Source: a virus (lineage: Duplodnaviria > Caudoviricetes). From it: a stretch of 64,000 nucleotides of DNA. Of this stretch, positions 48,039 to 58,557 are shown piece after piece. The translations under genes and the position numbers were made by a program. The notes beneath the pieces are model-generated. The model was given only the letters and a program-made list of their open reading frames with translations, did no database searches and was not told the DNA's origin. The stretch lies in IMG/VR virus record IMGVR_UViG_3300024346_000004; one strand, written 5' to 3'. Numbering within the stretch: the first letter of the stretch is position 1; every line of letters begins with the position of its first letter.

Positions 48039-51000
48039 ACATTTTCCTCACTTGCTCGGATAGCTGATTTCTTGATGATGTGTTCTTTTCTAGGGGCTAC
48101 TTCACTACCCATCAACGTAGAAATCAAATCAGACGCATCTTCTGCATTTTCCACATTTACTTTAATGATATGTCTAGTGCCAATTTCCATAGTAGTGACA
48201 CCTAGTTCATCGCCATCCATTTCGCCAAGACCTTTAAATCTGGTTACTTCTATTTTATCACCATATTTCTTACGATAGGTTTCAAGCTCTTCATTAGAAT
48301 GGATATAGAATTTTTGGTTCTTTACATTCACACGATATAGAGGTGGCTTCGCTAAATACAATTTCCCTGCTAATACTAGAGGACGCATAAATCTATAGAA
48401 GAATGTCATAAGAAGGGCAGCAATATGAGCTCCATCGTCATCAGCATCAGTCATAATAACGATTTTGCCATATCTCAAATCTTCAATTTTAAACTCGTCT
48501 CGAATACCAGTACCAAGAGCAGAAATAATTGATGCTACTTCCTCATTTTGCATAAGTCTTGCATAATCGTTCTTTTCTGGGTTGATAATCTTTCCACGAA
48601 TAGGCATAACAGCTTGAAATTCAGGGTCTCTACCAAATTTGCTACTATTGTGAACAAAAACACCACAACTTAATGCAAAGTTATGTGACTCAGGTACTTC
48701 TATGTCATAAACATCTTCAGTATAATTGAGTTTTTCGATAGAAACAATTTTATGATTTTGCAATTTACATGCTTCTTTAGCTTTATCTTTGTCATTATCA
48801 AAGAATTTTTTCACTAATCTTTGAAAACATTGATATAAAGCACTTTCTTGTGATGGAATAGTATCTTTTTGTGTTTCATACAAATAAGCACCAATTTTTG
48901 CAATCATTTTTTTCATATTTGTATTATCAAGAGTAGCTTTTCTTTTCATCTTAAATTCTTCTGTCATCTGTTCTTTTGTTTTCTCAGATCGCCATTTACG
49001 CAAAGATTCATCAGACCATTGCTCAATTGCTTTTTTTCTATTGTTTTCTTTAGCTTCAGGATTATTTTGAAAATATTCTTTAACTCTAATTGATTGAGCT
49101 AAGCGATTTTCTTCTAAAGACCAATATTTTTGCTGTTCCTCATTCAAGGTTTTAAGAACTTCTTGTCGATAAGTTTCATTCGAAAGATAAAAGTTTTTCC
49201 AGGCTGTTCTCATAAATTTTTTATATTCAGGATCAGCCCAAATTTTAGCATTATGTTCAACTAATCTTTTCTGGTTTTCTGGTTCGAGCATTTGATTTCT
49301 AGCTTTCAATCTGAAATCTTCAGTTCTCTTAGCTTCTGCAGATTTTCTTTTTGATTCTTCGCTATGTAAAAACAAAGAAGCATGATCTCTATGCAATTTT
49401 AAATGTTCATCTTTATTCATTCTAACCAAATTATTAGGGTTATTATTTCTCTTATTAAAATCTACATGATGACAATGTGTTGTTTTATCATATGTATATA
49501 CACCCTTCCATAGATTCCACCAATCAGCCATTTTATGAGTAAATACCCAAGTTAAAGCGTTTGGCATCCAAGTCATTTCATATCCATCGATTGTTATACT
49601 TTTTTCTTTTTTGGATGAAATTTTTCTATACAAGGGGTAAAGAGACAAACCCTCACTCATTTCATCTGCTCTGATATAAGAACCATCAGATTTCATCCAT
49701 TTGTGGTCAGGGGTACATATAACAGATTCTCCATTATCAAGAGTAACTTTAATTAGCTCTGCATTCTTCTTAGTCAATCTAGCATGCTTAATCTCAGCTA
49801 AACCAATCTGTCCATCATTTCTAACAGTGTAGCAGAAATTTTGAATTCCTTTTTCTTGTTCTTCTATAAGTTCAATGAATGAAATTTCTCTTCCATCTGC
49901 TAAAGAAATTCTAGTAGAACCAACAAAACATCCCGCTGCGCTATCGCCTTCCACAATAAATAGCTCTGTATTTACATTATCTTCGGAGTTACAATCAGAC
50001 AACTTTCCTGGTAAAGAACCTGAACGGCCTAAGAAACTCTGTCTCTTAATATTTTCTGATGCTCTTTTTGCTGCTGCTCTTGCTTTCGCTGCTCTAAAAG
50101 CTCTGTCAGCAATATTCTTGACAATGGTCGGATTCTTTTCAAAATATTCTGTTACAGCTTCTGAAAATAGTCGATTAACTACACTTTCAACTTCTTGAGA
50201 GCCTAATTTACCCTTTGTCTGCCCTTCAAATTGTGGTTGTGGTAGTCGGACAGAAATAATACCAACAATACCTTCACGAATATCATCTCCGGTAAGGTTG
50301 GGTTCTTTTTCTTTAATTACACCAGATGATCTAGCGAATTGATTTACTACTCTTGTGATAGATGTTTTAAAGCCACTAAGATGAGTACCACCATCAGCGG
50401 TATTAATATTATTAGCATAGGTATATAGAGTTTCATCATCTTCTTCTCCATATTGAAAAGCTACTTGAACATTAATCTTACCTAGCTTATTTTCAAAAAA
50501 GAATGGTTTTGATGGATAAACATTTGTACGTGATTTAGTAAGATAAGATACATAATCAGAAATACCACCCTCAAAATAAAAATCTTCTTTTATACCAGTG
50601 GAATCATTCTTATAGCAAATCTTCAACCCACCATTTAAATAAGCAGTTTCACGTAGACGGCGTAGTAATATCGCTTCATCAAAGTGAATATTGTCATTGC
50701 TTCTCTTATGCCAAATCCTATAAATGACATATAAGGATTGCTCACTAACATTAATTGGTTTAAAAATATCATAAAACATTGCGCCATTAACTTCGCCATT
50801 AATCAAAGCTTTGCGCCATTTTCCAGAGCATTCAGCAAAAACTTCATCAATTTCAAAATCATCAATCAAATGCTCACGAAAAGCATCTTCCACTGCAAAT
50901 TGACCAAAAATGTTATAGTCTGGTGTGAATGTGATTTTTGTGCCTGTAGAAGATGAATTTCCTACCTCTTCTACTTTACCAGCGGGAATACCACGATCAA

Positions 51001-51445
51001 AACTAAGGAGATATTTTTTCTTATCACGAGAAACTTCAACATCAAGTCTTAAAGAAAGAAAGTTTACACAAGAAGCTCCTACTCCATGCAAACCACCTGA
51101 TGCTTCATATCCAGAACCATCATCACCAAACTTACCACCTGCATGAAGTTCCGTAAGTACAATTTCAAGAGTACTACGCTTCTTAGGATCTTCTTGTTTT
51201 ACTGCTACAGGGATACCACGTCCATTATCGATAATAGTTACGGAGCGATTGTCTTTAGAAATAATAACATCAATTTTAGAACAATGACCCGCCATATGTT
51301 CATCTACAGAGTTATCTAAAATCTCCCATACTAAGTGATGTAGTCCTTTCTTACCAGTATCACCAATATACATAGCAGGACGAGTACGTACTGCTTCTTG
51401 ACTTTCTAGAATCTGGATAGAATCTTCGTTGTATTGACTTGCCAT
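48035..51445 (-). CDS. gyrB: DNA gyrase subunit B with intein
   Basis: RPAMYIG, EILDNSVDE, DNGRGIP, LHAGGKF, GLHGVG, EGDSA, MTDADDDG, RFKGLGEM; ~708-aa extein. Confidence 0.95.
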   Translation of the reverse strand: MASQYNEDSIQILESQEAVRTRPAMYIGDTGKKGLHHLVWEILDNSVDEHMAGHCSKIDVIISKDNRSVTIIDNGRGIPVAVKQEDPKKRSTLEIVLTELHAGGKFGDDGSGYEASGGLHGVGASCVNFLSLRLDVEVSRDKKKYLLSFDRGIPAGKVEEVGNSSSTGTKITFTPDYNIFGQFAVEDAFREHLIDDFEIDEVFAECSGKWRKALINGEVNGAMFYDIFKPINVSEQSLYVIYRIWHKRSNDNIHFDEAILLRRLRETAYLNGGLKICYKNDSTGIKEDFYFEGGISDYVSYLTKSRTNVYPSKPFFFENKLGKINVQVAFQYGEEDDETLYTYANNINTADGGTHLSGFKTSITRVVNQFARSSGVIKEKEPNLTGDDIREGIVGIISVRLPQPQFEGQTKGKLGSQEVESVVNRLFSEAVTEYFEKNPTIVKNIADRAFRAAKARAAAKRASENIKRQSFLGRSGSLPGKLSDCNSEDNVNTELFIVEGDSAAGCFVGSTRISLADGREISFIELIEEQEKGIQNFCYTVRNDGQIGLAEIKHARLTKKNAELIKVTLDNGESVICTPDHKWMKSDGSYIRADEMSEGLSLYPLYRKISSKKEKSITIDGYEMTWMPNALTWVFTHKMADWWNLWKGVYTYDKTTHCHHVDFNKRNNNPNNLVRMNKDEHLKLHRDHASLFLHSEESKRKSAEAKRTEDFRLKARNQMLEPENQKRLVEHNAKIWADPEYKKFMRTAWKNFYLSNETYRQEVLKTLNEEQQKYWSLEENRLAQSIRVKEYFQNNPEAKENNRKKAIEQWSDESLRKWRSEKTKEQMTEEFKMKRKATLDNTNMKKMIAKIGAYLYETQKDTIPSQESALYQCFQRLVKKFFDNDKDKAKEACKLQNHKIVSIEKLNYTEDVYDIEVPESHNFALSCGVFVHNSSKFGRDPEFQAVMPIRGKIINPEKNDYARLMQNEEVASIISALGTGIRDEFKIEDLRYGKIVIMTDADDDGAHIAALLMTFFYRFMRPLVLAGKLYLAKPPLYRVNVKNQKFYIHSNEELETYRKKYGDKIEVTRFKGLGEMDGDELGVTTMEIGTRHIIKVNVENAEDASDLISTLMGSEVAPRKEHIIKKSAIRASEENV
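48647..49930 (-). mobile_element. Intein (428 aa) with HNH endonuclease
   Basis: EGDSAAG|CFVGST..CTPDHKW..HHVDFNKRNNNPNNL..VYDIEVP..HNFAL..VFVHN|SSK. Confidence 0.92.
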
Positions 51446-51464
51446 TATTTTTCCTTTTAGGCAT

Positions 51465-51523
51465 AAAAAAATGCTGTGATTTAGTTACCACAGCATTCTA
51501 CCCCAAATACAGCTTATTTACAA
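51465..51523 (-). promoter_or_regulatory. gyrB sigma70 promoter overlapping an intrinsic terminator
   Basis: TTGTAA-17-TAGAAT; stem AATGCTGTG/CACAGCATT followed by a T-run; the -10 box overlaps the 5' arm. Confidence 0.65.
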
Positions 51524-51527
51524 TATT

Positions 51528-52169
51528 TTAGCTTGGATCTAACAAGTCTACCAAGTAATGTTTTCCTTGTTTATCTAATATCTCAGCTGTTTTGACAAAT
51601 CTAATATATCTCGATGCCATTCCACCCATACCGGGAGGTCCACCACCTTGCGCTTTGCCTACATTTTTAGCAACATTAAGTGCAATACCCTTAATAGTAT
51701 CTGATAATTCTTCCAAAGATGTTATATCACCAATAGTTTGATCTTTAGGTAATCTTTCCCATCTGCTATCTTCTGTTCTTTTTTGTTCTTTTTCTTCGTC
51801 TTCAGGAGATACATCTTTTCTAGGGATTCTTTTACCAATATGAAGATCGTTAACTGTTCCAGTTTCTTCTCCACCATATGTAGTCCAAACGTATAAAGCG
51901 ATATCTTCAGCAGATTCACCAAGCTTATCAAAAATAATTGTTTGAATATCGATATCGTATAGAATTTTACCTAGTTCATTTAAAGGAGAACCGATTTCTT
52001 CTCTTTGCCCAACAGGAGCTCCGGGGGCTGACATAGGAGCAGTAGGAGCACCACCCATGCCCATCATAGGATCCATACCCATCCCGCCACCCATACCCAT
52101 ATCACCACCCATAGGAGGTGCTGGCGGGGCTGCAGGAGGCATTTCTTGAGCGAATCTATATTTTGACAT
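51528..52169 (-). CDS. Hypothetical protein with P/G/M-rich low-complexity ends
   Basis: MSKYRFAQEMPPAAPP..GGGMGM; C-terminal FVKTAEILDKQG. Confidence 0.7.
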   Translation of the reverse strand: MSKYRFAQEMPPAAPPAPPMGGDMGMGGGMGMDPMMGMGGAPTAPMSAPGAPVGQREEIGSPLNELGKILYDIDIQTIIFDKLGESAEDIALYVWTTYGGEETGTVNDLHIGKRIPRKDVSPEDEEKEQKRTEDSRWERLPKDQTIGDITSLEELSDTIKGIALNVAKNVGKAQGGGPPGMGGMASRYIRFVKTAEILDKQGKHYLVDLLDPS

Positions 52170-52171
52170 TA

Positions 52172-52624
52172 TTAGCTTGTTCTACTTAAAAAGTCAGACC
52201 AGTGGGAACCTCTACCTGGTGTATGAAATGCTGTAGTTTCGTGCATAGTATCATCAATGACAACTTCAGGCTCTTCTGTTTCTGAAAATAAATCATCTAA
52301 TAATTTAGGGTTGAGAACATTCATGCCATTCCAGTCATTTTGTACCGCTGAGGCTTTTCTTACGATTTGCTCATGACTTAATCCTTGAGCATCAATAAAT
52401 TCATTGGATGAGTCCATCTCAGAGACATTACTCATCGCAATCAAGATAGCATCAGTCATTTTTGATTCTACTAATCTAGAATTATCTGAAGCAGTTTTGG
52501 TCATTTTTGAAGCTGTTTTCTTGAATATATCAGATGCTTCAGCTATAATTACTGCTTGCTCATCGTTCCCTAAATTAGGAACGATTTCTTCTAAAAGTAA
52601 ATGTAAACTAGACTCGATTGACAT
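52172..52624 (-). CDS. Acidic hypothetical protein with KxAS motifs
   Basis: ATG 52624 preceded by AGGGTG; FKKTASKMTKTAS, IVRKAS. Confidence 0.65.
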   Translation of the reverse strand: MSIESSLHLLLEEIVPNLGNDEQAVIIAEASDIFKKTASKMTKTASDNSRLVESKMTDAILIAMSNVSEMDSSNEFIDAQGLSHEQIVRKASAVQNDWNGMNVLNPKLLDDLFSETEEPEVVIDDTMHETTAFHTPGRGSHWSDFLSRTS

Positions 52625-52690
52625 TATTATCACCCTACTGATATTTCTTGATATATTATATTTTGTTCTTTAAACATTTTACACCTTCCT

Positions 52691-55600
52691 TTAATGTAAC
52701 ACTGATGGATAAACTGCAACAGCCAGAGTATCAGCACCAGTTTCTTTTACTGGATAGGAGAATGTTCTTAATTTAGTTAATGAAGCGTTATATACTTCTA
52801 TTTGACTTAGTAATGTAGCATCTTTACCTGCTACAAATATTTCACCAGCTTTGTTAATACATATAGCATTAGGTGATGACATTATGATGACTTCACTTTG
52901 CAATAAACCACTTGTATTATATTTTCTTAGTAATCCGTTAGAAGTTGTTACATAAATGTTTCCACTAATATCTACACTTACTGATTGAGCATTAGTACAT
53001 GTAAAATGAGTGACATATACTCCGCTACTATTAAATTTGATAATTTTGTTATTATTTTCTGCTATATAAATATTATTATTTATATCCAGGCAAATACTCG
53101 TGACATTGTACATAAGAACATTTGTATTATATTCATTTATCCAAGTAGTTACAGTATTGGTACTATTTAGTTTATTTATATTATAAACAAACACAGATGA
53201 TACAAATGTTTTATAGACTACATATTTATTATTACTACTGTCTAAGGCTATTGATGTTGGTATAGAATTTGTATTCAACGAAGAAATATTAATTTCATTT
53301 GTAATTGTAATATTTGTTTCTAGAATCCAAGCATTATTAGCTTTGTCATATGATCTTTGTCTTAAATTCCTATTTGATGATACTTCCCAAATTTTTCCAT
53401 TTGAATCTACATCAAAAGCATCATATGTATTAATATTATTTACTGAAAGATTTGAAATTGTATCGCCTATGGAATTCTTTAGAACAATACCTGTCGGCTG
53501 AATCATGTTGGTTGGGCCAGAGACAAAATTCAAATACATTAATTGTTCATTAGAAACAATAGTAGTATCTTGTGGAGTTTCAACTACAGTAGATTCACAA
53601 TTAGCACTAGGATTTTTACCATCATAAGGCTTGAACTGTGTAACAAATCTCATATTTCTAATAAGACTAGGATTTTGCCCAGATGGAACATATACAGCCA
53701 AACCTATTTTAGTAGATTTTGCGATATTATTTTTACTTAGGTTTGATCTACCTAAAGATATAGCATTAGTTGATAATGTTGGTAAATCATTCCAAGCTGA
53801 AGGATCTGAATTATATACAGCTAATCCATCTGCTAAATTCCATGTAATATTAGAAGATCCAATAGTATAATAAGGAACTGTAGATGCTGGTTGTGGTAAA
53901 GATATTAAATAATCTTTATTTTCACTAGCTATTCCTGCGATTACTTTAGTTACTGCTCCAGGGAATATTTCAGTATTTTCGTTAAAATCTGTAGCTCTAA
54001 CCCATCTACCGTCTGAACCAGTGCCAGCGAATTCTACAGAATATATACCATTAGCAGAACTTGTTGATTGATTCTTTACTAATATTCTATCCCCAGCTAA
54101 TACTTCTAATCCATCAACTGTTATTGGAGCTCCGCCATATAAAGTAGCTATATTTGTGGTTGTGGCTAATCTACAATCATTAAATCTTACTGTATTAGGT
54201 TGTTTAGCCCAATAAATATTTGTGGAATTTAATACAGGTGAAGATGAACTTAACCATATACCATACCAGCTATTCCCATCTACAATTCCACCAGTTACGC
54301 TTACTCTCAAATAGGGATTTAATTCAGAAGTAGAATTCATCTTAGAATGTCTTACTAACTTAACACTTCTAGAATAACCTAAAGTATATAATCCATTTTG
54401 AGTAGCAGATGTTTGATCTTTAACAATAACAGTAATACCATCTGCTAATGCAACACCATTTAAAGTACCTGATGCTAATGCTGATAAGTCTATATTTGAT
54501 CCAACAGAAATAGTATCTGCATTTGGAAAATTAGAGCTCCATGTATTAGAATTCATAAAATACACATCAGAAGATCCAACTGTTGTAGAAGCAGAATCAA
54601 AATAAGATTCCCATACAGTATCTAAACCTGTTGCACTATTTAACACAGATACAGTTAATGGTTCAATTGAGAATTGATCTGCTGTAGCATTTCCTGAAGT
54701 TACTCTCGAATAAATAGGTTTTTTAGCAGCTCTTACAAATGTTCCTAAATAACGGTCAGCAGCTGTTGTTTGTCCACGAAGTAAAACTCTATTTGAAGTT
54801 GATGATGTTAAATCTACACCATCAATAGTATCTGGTACCGCATTTGTAAGATTAGAAATATTAGTAGCAGTAACAGCATTTGCTTGATAATAATACTTTA
54901 ATGAACTTACAATTCTAAAATATTTATCTACAGTATTAAAAGTATAAGAAGTAGCAGGTGGTAGATGCAATTCATATTCTTGATTTAAAGTACTACCATC
55001 ATTAACTAATACTTTACCATAAGCAAATAATTCATTATCAGCATCAAAATATGGTGCTCTTGCTAATGTAAAATTATTTGTAGCTTTATATAAATAAATT
55101 CCATTTTGAGATGGATTTGTTATTTGGTTCTTTACTAATATTACATCATTAGCTGCTAAGAACGTACCATCTATAAAGTTTGGAGGTGATGCAAGATTGA
55201 TATTTTGTGCAGATCCATTTGTAGCTAATCTGGCAGTAAAATCAGTTAATAATGATTCATCTAAGAAATCTATTCCAGACGTTCCTAATGTTGTAGAAGC
55301 TGGATCATAATAAGATCTGAATGTTTTTGCGCTTGGTAATGTAGTAGAAACATATATTGGCGATATTCCTACTGACTGATATGTTGTGTCTCTTGTTAAT
55401 GTGTAAGAATATTTAGAAATAGCAAAATCATAAATACCATTACCAGGAACATTTGAAGCCAAGTTAGCTGTTAATAAAACAGTATCAAAATTAGCCAGAT
55501 TATAAGAATCTACAATCATAGGCATAGATGTTAATGATGCGACAGATGTATTATATCTAACTGTTACTGTTTGAGCTACATGATATGATTCTGGAATAAA

Positions 55601-58498
55601 ATTTAAACTTCCAAAATCTTGATCTAATAAATAATAAGATACAGTTGGAGTAAGAGTTAAAACAGTATTACTTGGAGTGTATTTAGGTCCAACATATGGT
55701 GCTCTTACTCTACATCCAAATCTAGTATAGTTTTCTGCACCTACTCTTTGTAATGTAATAATTCCAGAACCTACAGAAGCTATACTCCAAATACCTGTTT
55801 CAGGGCTACCATCTGTGTTTGGATAATCATAATATGGCTGAGGATAACCATAATTTACTAATACTCTTTGACCAACTGTAGGAGTGCCATTACCAATTAG
55901 CTTACTCGTTAGAACATTAGAAGTTCCAGTTTCATATAAACTTTCTTGATATCCTAAAGTAACAACCCATTGGCATGTTTGTAATGTATCAATTCCGTTT
56001 ATTGTACTAGAGGTTCCGCCAGCATCAGATAAACTGCTATAAACATGAATATTATGTGTGCCTAGAACAAATGTGTTAGCAGTTGTATATCCAGAAGGAG
56101 TGGTTTCTGCTTGCATATAAAAATGAGCATATCCTGAAGGTAATACTTGGATTCTTACTAATGTAGGCTTAATTAATTCAGAAGTAGTATCAAAGCTTGA
56201 ATGTCTACTCCATGAATTAGCAGATCCAATTTGATAGATACCATTTTTTGTTTTATCAGTATCATAATCTACAAGAATAGTATCTCCTGAGACTAATGCT
56301 CTTGAGATACCAAAACCGTCAGTGATGATAGCTGTACCACTTACTGGATTACCTGTGAAATAATATGTACTGGTAAATTTAGTCCAGGTTGCTGTTTGTT
56401 CTTTCCATGTTTGAGTAAAATCGTATGACAGATAATTTGATTGGAACTTATAGGATGGAATATAAATTTCTCCATGATTTGTTCCTTTCATTGTTTCTAC
56501 AGATATATGAGAATATCTAGCATCTAAATTTACTGTGTTAATATTTGAAGTGTAAGTGATATTATTGGAAATTGTAGATTCATAAGGTGCAGGGGATCCA
56601 TTAACATAATAGATACCATTTTCATTTTTATTCGTTTGTGTTCTTACTACAATCTTATCATTATTCAGCAATTCCGAAGCTATAACCCCATTAATTGATG
56701 CTGTGATTGTTGGAAATGAATTAACAGAATATCCAGATAAATTTTCTGTTGTGTAATATTTAGCAGAAATATTTGTAAATGAAGAATAATTAAAGAAAGT
56801 GACGTTAGCCGAACCCAAAGCAACACTAGTACCAGGAGCATATAACATCCAAGGAGTAGGTTGTGTGCCAGCGGTTAATGTAACTTTTGCTCCTCTAATA
56901 ATCTGGTTATATCCAGAAACAGGATTGAATTGATATGTAAAACTACTAAGAGTAGAAAGATAAATTCCATTTTCTATTGGATTTGTTTGTCCTGTTACTA
57001 AAATAGCCTCACTATCAATAGGTGCTTTACTAAATTGTGTTTCAGGAATTTCGCCAGCCAGATTGACATTAATTATAGTAAGATTAGTACATGGTCTATA
57101 AATATATGGAGTATTTAATCTATCTTCTACTACAATTGCTCCATTTGTTACTGAATTAATTGAGAAAAGATTATTTTGTATACCTCTTGTCATATAGTAG
57201 AAATTTCCACCATATGAGTTGGTACCATTTTGCAAGAAGACTATTGTACTTACTAGTTCATTTGTTGTATCAAAACTTGTTGATCTAGCCCATACACCAT
57301 TGCTTCCTGTACCAGCGCTTGTAACAGAATATATACCATTTTGATATGTTGCTGTCTGATTTTTGACTAGTACTAAATCCCCATTAATAAGGGTGATTCC
57401 ATTAACAACATTCGGAGCTGCTGAAAGATTGATATTAGAAGATGTGGCAACTTTAACTGTTGTAGTTCCAAAATAATGTGTAGCATCAGTCCATTGTAGA
57501 TTCGTATTTGATAAAGTAGCTCCATGATAATATCGGAATACTTTACCCTTGTTTATTGTTCCACTTAAAGAGTAGATGCCAATTTGTCTATTATTTGTGC
57601 TATTACGTAATAAGAAATCAATATTATTCCATTGAGAATCTTTATTTACAGCATTTTGATTTACAGGATATAAACTACTGACATTATAAACACCATTTTG
57701 TGATGCGGTAGTTTGTTTTCTTACTAAAATCCTGTCATTTAAGTTTAATGTATATCCATCTAAAATATCAGGAGCATTAGTGAAATCTGATATATTATTA
57801 GTAGAAGCAACTGCACAAGATGAAAGAGCTCTTCTTGTCGTTCTTTCTACCCATTTAATTGATAATCCAGCATCATAAGTAGCTGTAGTACCAGGCTCTC
57901 CTCCTGATGCATACATAAAATATGACTTTCCTACATCAGGACATGAAGCGTTATCAATAGTGGTAATTCTTCCTCTAAATATAACATTAGCTTGTGTATC
58001 TAATTTATAGTATAGGGAAGATGTGGAGCTAACAGAATCTACAAAATATAATCCATTTTGAGTTTTTGTAGTCTGTGATTTTACTAGTAAATTATCTCCA
58101 GAGTTAAGAACAATACCATCATGTGTATCTGGAGCATTATCTAATATATCACTAGCAAAACCTGATATATTAGTAGTTGTTGATGTAACAGCATTGGGCA
58201 GCACTATTGGATCAACAGTATCTAATAAACAATATTTAAATCTATATCCTAATTGATATAAATCTGATCTTAATGTTGGATTAGTAGGACTTGCTGCTCC
58301 ATAAATATCACCTATAGTTGTGTCAAGCCATAGTTTGACACATTCAACAGAAGAATTTAGCCATTGTAATTGAATAATTTTTTTAGAAGAATATATACCA
58401 TCTTCAATTAAACCAAAATCAAGGCCAGGGAGCTGCGGAGTTGTTATTGTTGATCCGTTAGTGTTGTCTAGTTCTACCCAAATTAAAGCTTGTGACAT
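52691..58498 (-). CDS. Tail-fibre-like protein with about 12 repeats and a C-terminal NHL-type beta-propeller
   Basis: Repeats VATT.NI..DG..L..GD.ILVK.QT...QNGIY; propeller blades PTSIALDSSNNKYV, SICLDINNNIYIA, SVSVDISGNIYVT. Confidence 0.75.
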   Translation of the reverse strand: MSQALIWVELDNTNGSTITTPQLPGLDFGLIEDGIYSSKKIIQLQWLNSSVECVKLWLDTTIGDIYGAASPTNPTLRSDLYQLGYRFKYCLLDTVDPIVLPNAVTSTTTNISGFASDILDNAPDTHDGIVLNSGDNLLVKSQTTKTQNGLYFVDSVSSTSSLYYKLDTQANVIFRGRITTIDNASCPDVGKSYFMYASGGEPGTTATYDAGLSIKWVERTTRRALSSCAVASTNNISDFTNAPDILDGYTLNLNDRILVRKQTTASQNGVYNVSSLYPVNQNAVNKDSQWNNIDFLLRNSTNNRQIGIYSLSGTINKGKVFRYYHGATLSNTNLQWTDATHYFGTTTVKVATSSNINLSAAPNVVNGITLINGDLVLVKNQTATYQNGIYSVTSAGTGSNGVWARSTSFDTTNELVSTIVFLQNGTNSYGGNFYYMTRGIQNNLFSINSVTNGAIVVEDRLNTPYIYRPCTNLTIINVNLAGEIPETQFSKAPIDSEAILVTGQTNPIENGIYLSTLSSFTYQFNPVSGYNQIIRGAKVTLTAGTQPTPWMLYAPGTSVALGSANVTFFNYSSFTNISAKYYTTENLSGYSVNSFPTITASINGVIASELLNNDKIVVRTQTNKNENGIYYVNGSPAPYESTISNNITYTSNINTVNLDARYSHISVETMKGTNHGEIYIPSYKFQSNYLSYDFTQTWKEQTATWTKFTSTYYFTGNPVSGTAIITDGFGISRALVSGDTILVDYDTDKTKNGIYQIGSANSWSRHSSFDTTSELIKPTLVRIQVLPSGYAHFYMQAETTPSGYTTANTFVLGTHNIHVYSSLSDAGGTSSTINGIDTLQTCQWVVTLGYQESLYETGTSNVLTSKLIGNGTPTVGQRVLVNYGYPQPYYDYPNTDGSPETGIWSIASVGSGIITLQRVGAENYTRFGCRVRAPYVGPKYTPSNTVLTLTPTVSYYLLDQDFGSLNFIPESYHVAQTVTVRYNTSVASLTSMPMIVDSYNLANFDTVLLTANLASNVPGNGIYDFAISKYSYTLTRDTTYQSVGISPIYVSTTLPSAKTFRSYYDPASTTLGTSGIDFLDESLLTDFTARLATNGSAQNINLASPPNFIDGTFLAANDVILVKNQITNPSQNGIYLYKATNNFTLARAPYFDADNELFAYGKVLVNDGSTLNQEYELHLPPATSYTFNTVDKYFRIVSSLKYYYQANAVTATNISNLTNAVPDTIDGVDLTSSTSNRVLLRGQTTAADRYLGTFVRAAKKPIYSRVTSGNATADQFSIEPLTVSVLNSATGLDTVWESYFDSASTTVGSSDVYFMNSNTWSSNFPNADTISVGSNIDLSALASGTLNGVALADGITVIVKDQTSATQNGLYTLGYSRSVKLVRHSKMNSTSELNPYLRVSVTGGIVDGNSWYGIWLSSSSPVLNSTNIYWAKQPNTVRFNDCRLATTTNIATLYGGAPITVDGLEVLAGDRILVKNQSTSSANGIYSVEFAGTGSDGRWVRATDFNENTEIFPGAVTKVIAGIASENKDYLISLPQPASTVPYYTIGSSNITWNLADGLAVYNSDPSAWNDLPTLSTNAISLGRSNLSKNNIAKSTKIGLAVYVPSGQNPSLIRNMRFVTQFKPYDGKNPSANCESTVVETPQDTTIVSNEQLMYLNFVSGPTNMIQPTGIVLKNSIGDTISNLSVNNINTYDAFDVDSNGKIWEVSSNRNLRQRSYDKANNAWILETNITITNEINISSLNTNSIPTSIALDSSNNKYVVYKTFVSSVFVYNINKLNSTNTVTTWINEYNTNVLMYNVTSICLDINNNIYIAENNNKIIKFNSSGVYVTHFTCTNAQSVSVDISGNIYVTTSNGLLRKYNTSGLLQSEVIIMSSPNAICINKAGEIFVAGKDATLLSQIEVYNASLTKLRTFSYPVKETGADTLAVAVYPSVLH

Positions 58499-58520
58499 AT
58501 TATAATCCGAAAAGATTTGT

Positions 58521-58552
58521 ACAGGAGGTTATTTTATTTTTCTACCTCCTGT
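58521..58552. other. Inverted repeat between phoH and the fibre gene (possible terminator/regulatory hairpin)
   Basis: ACAGGAGGT-14 nt-ACCTCCTGT. Confidence 0.5.
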
Positions 58553-58557
58553 GTTAA

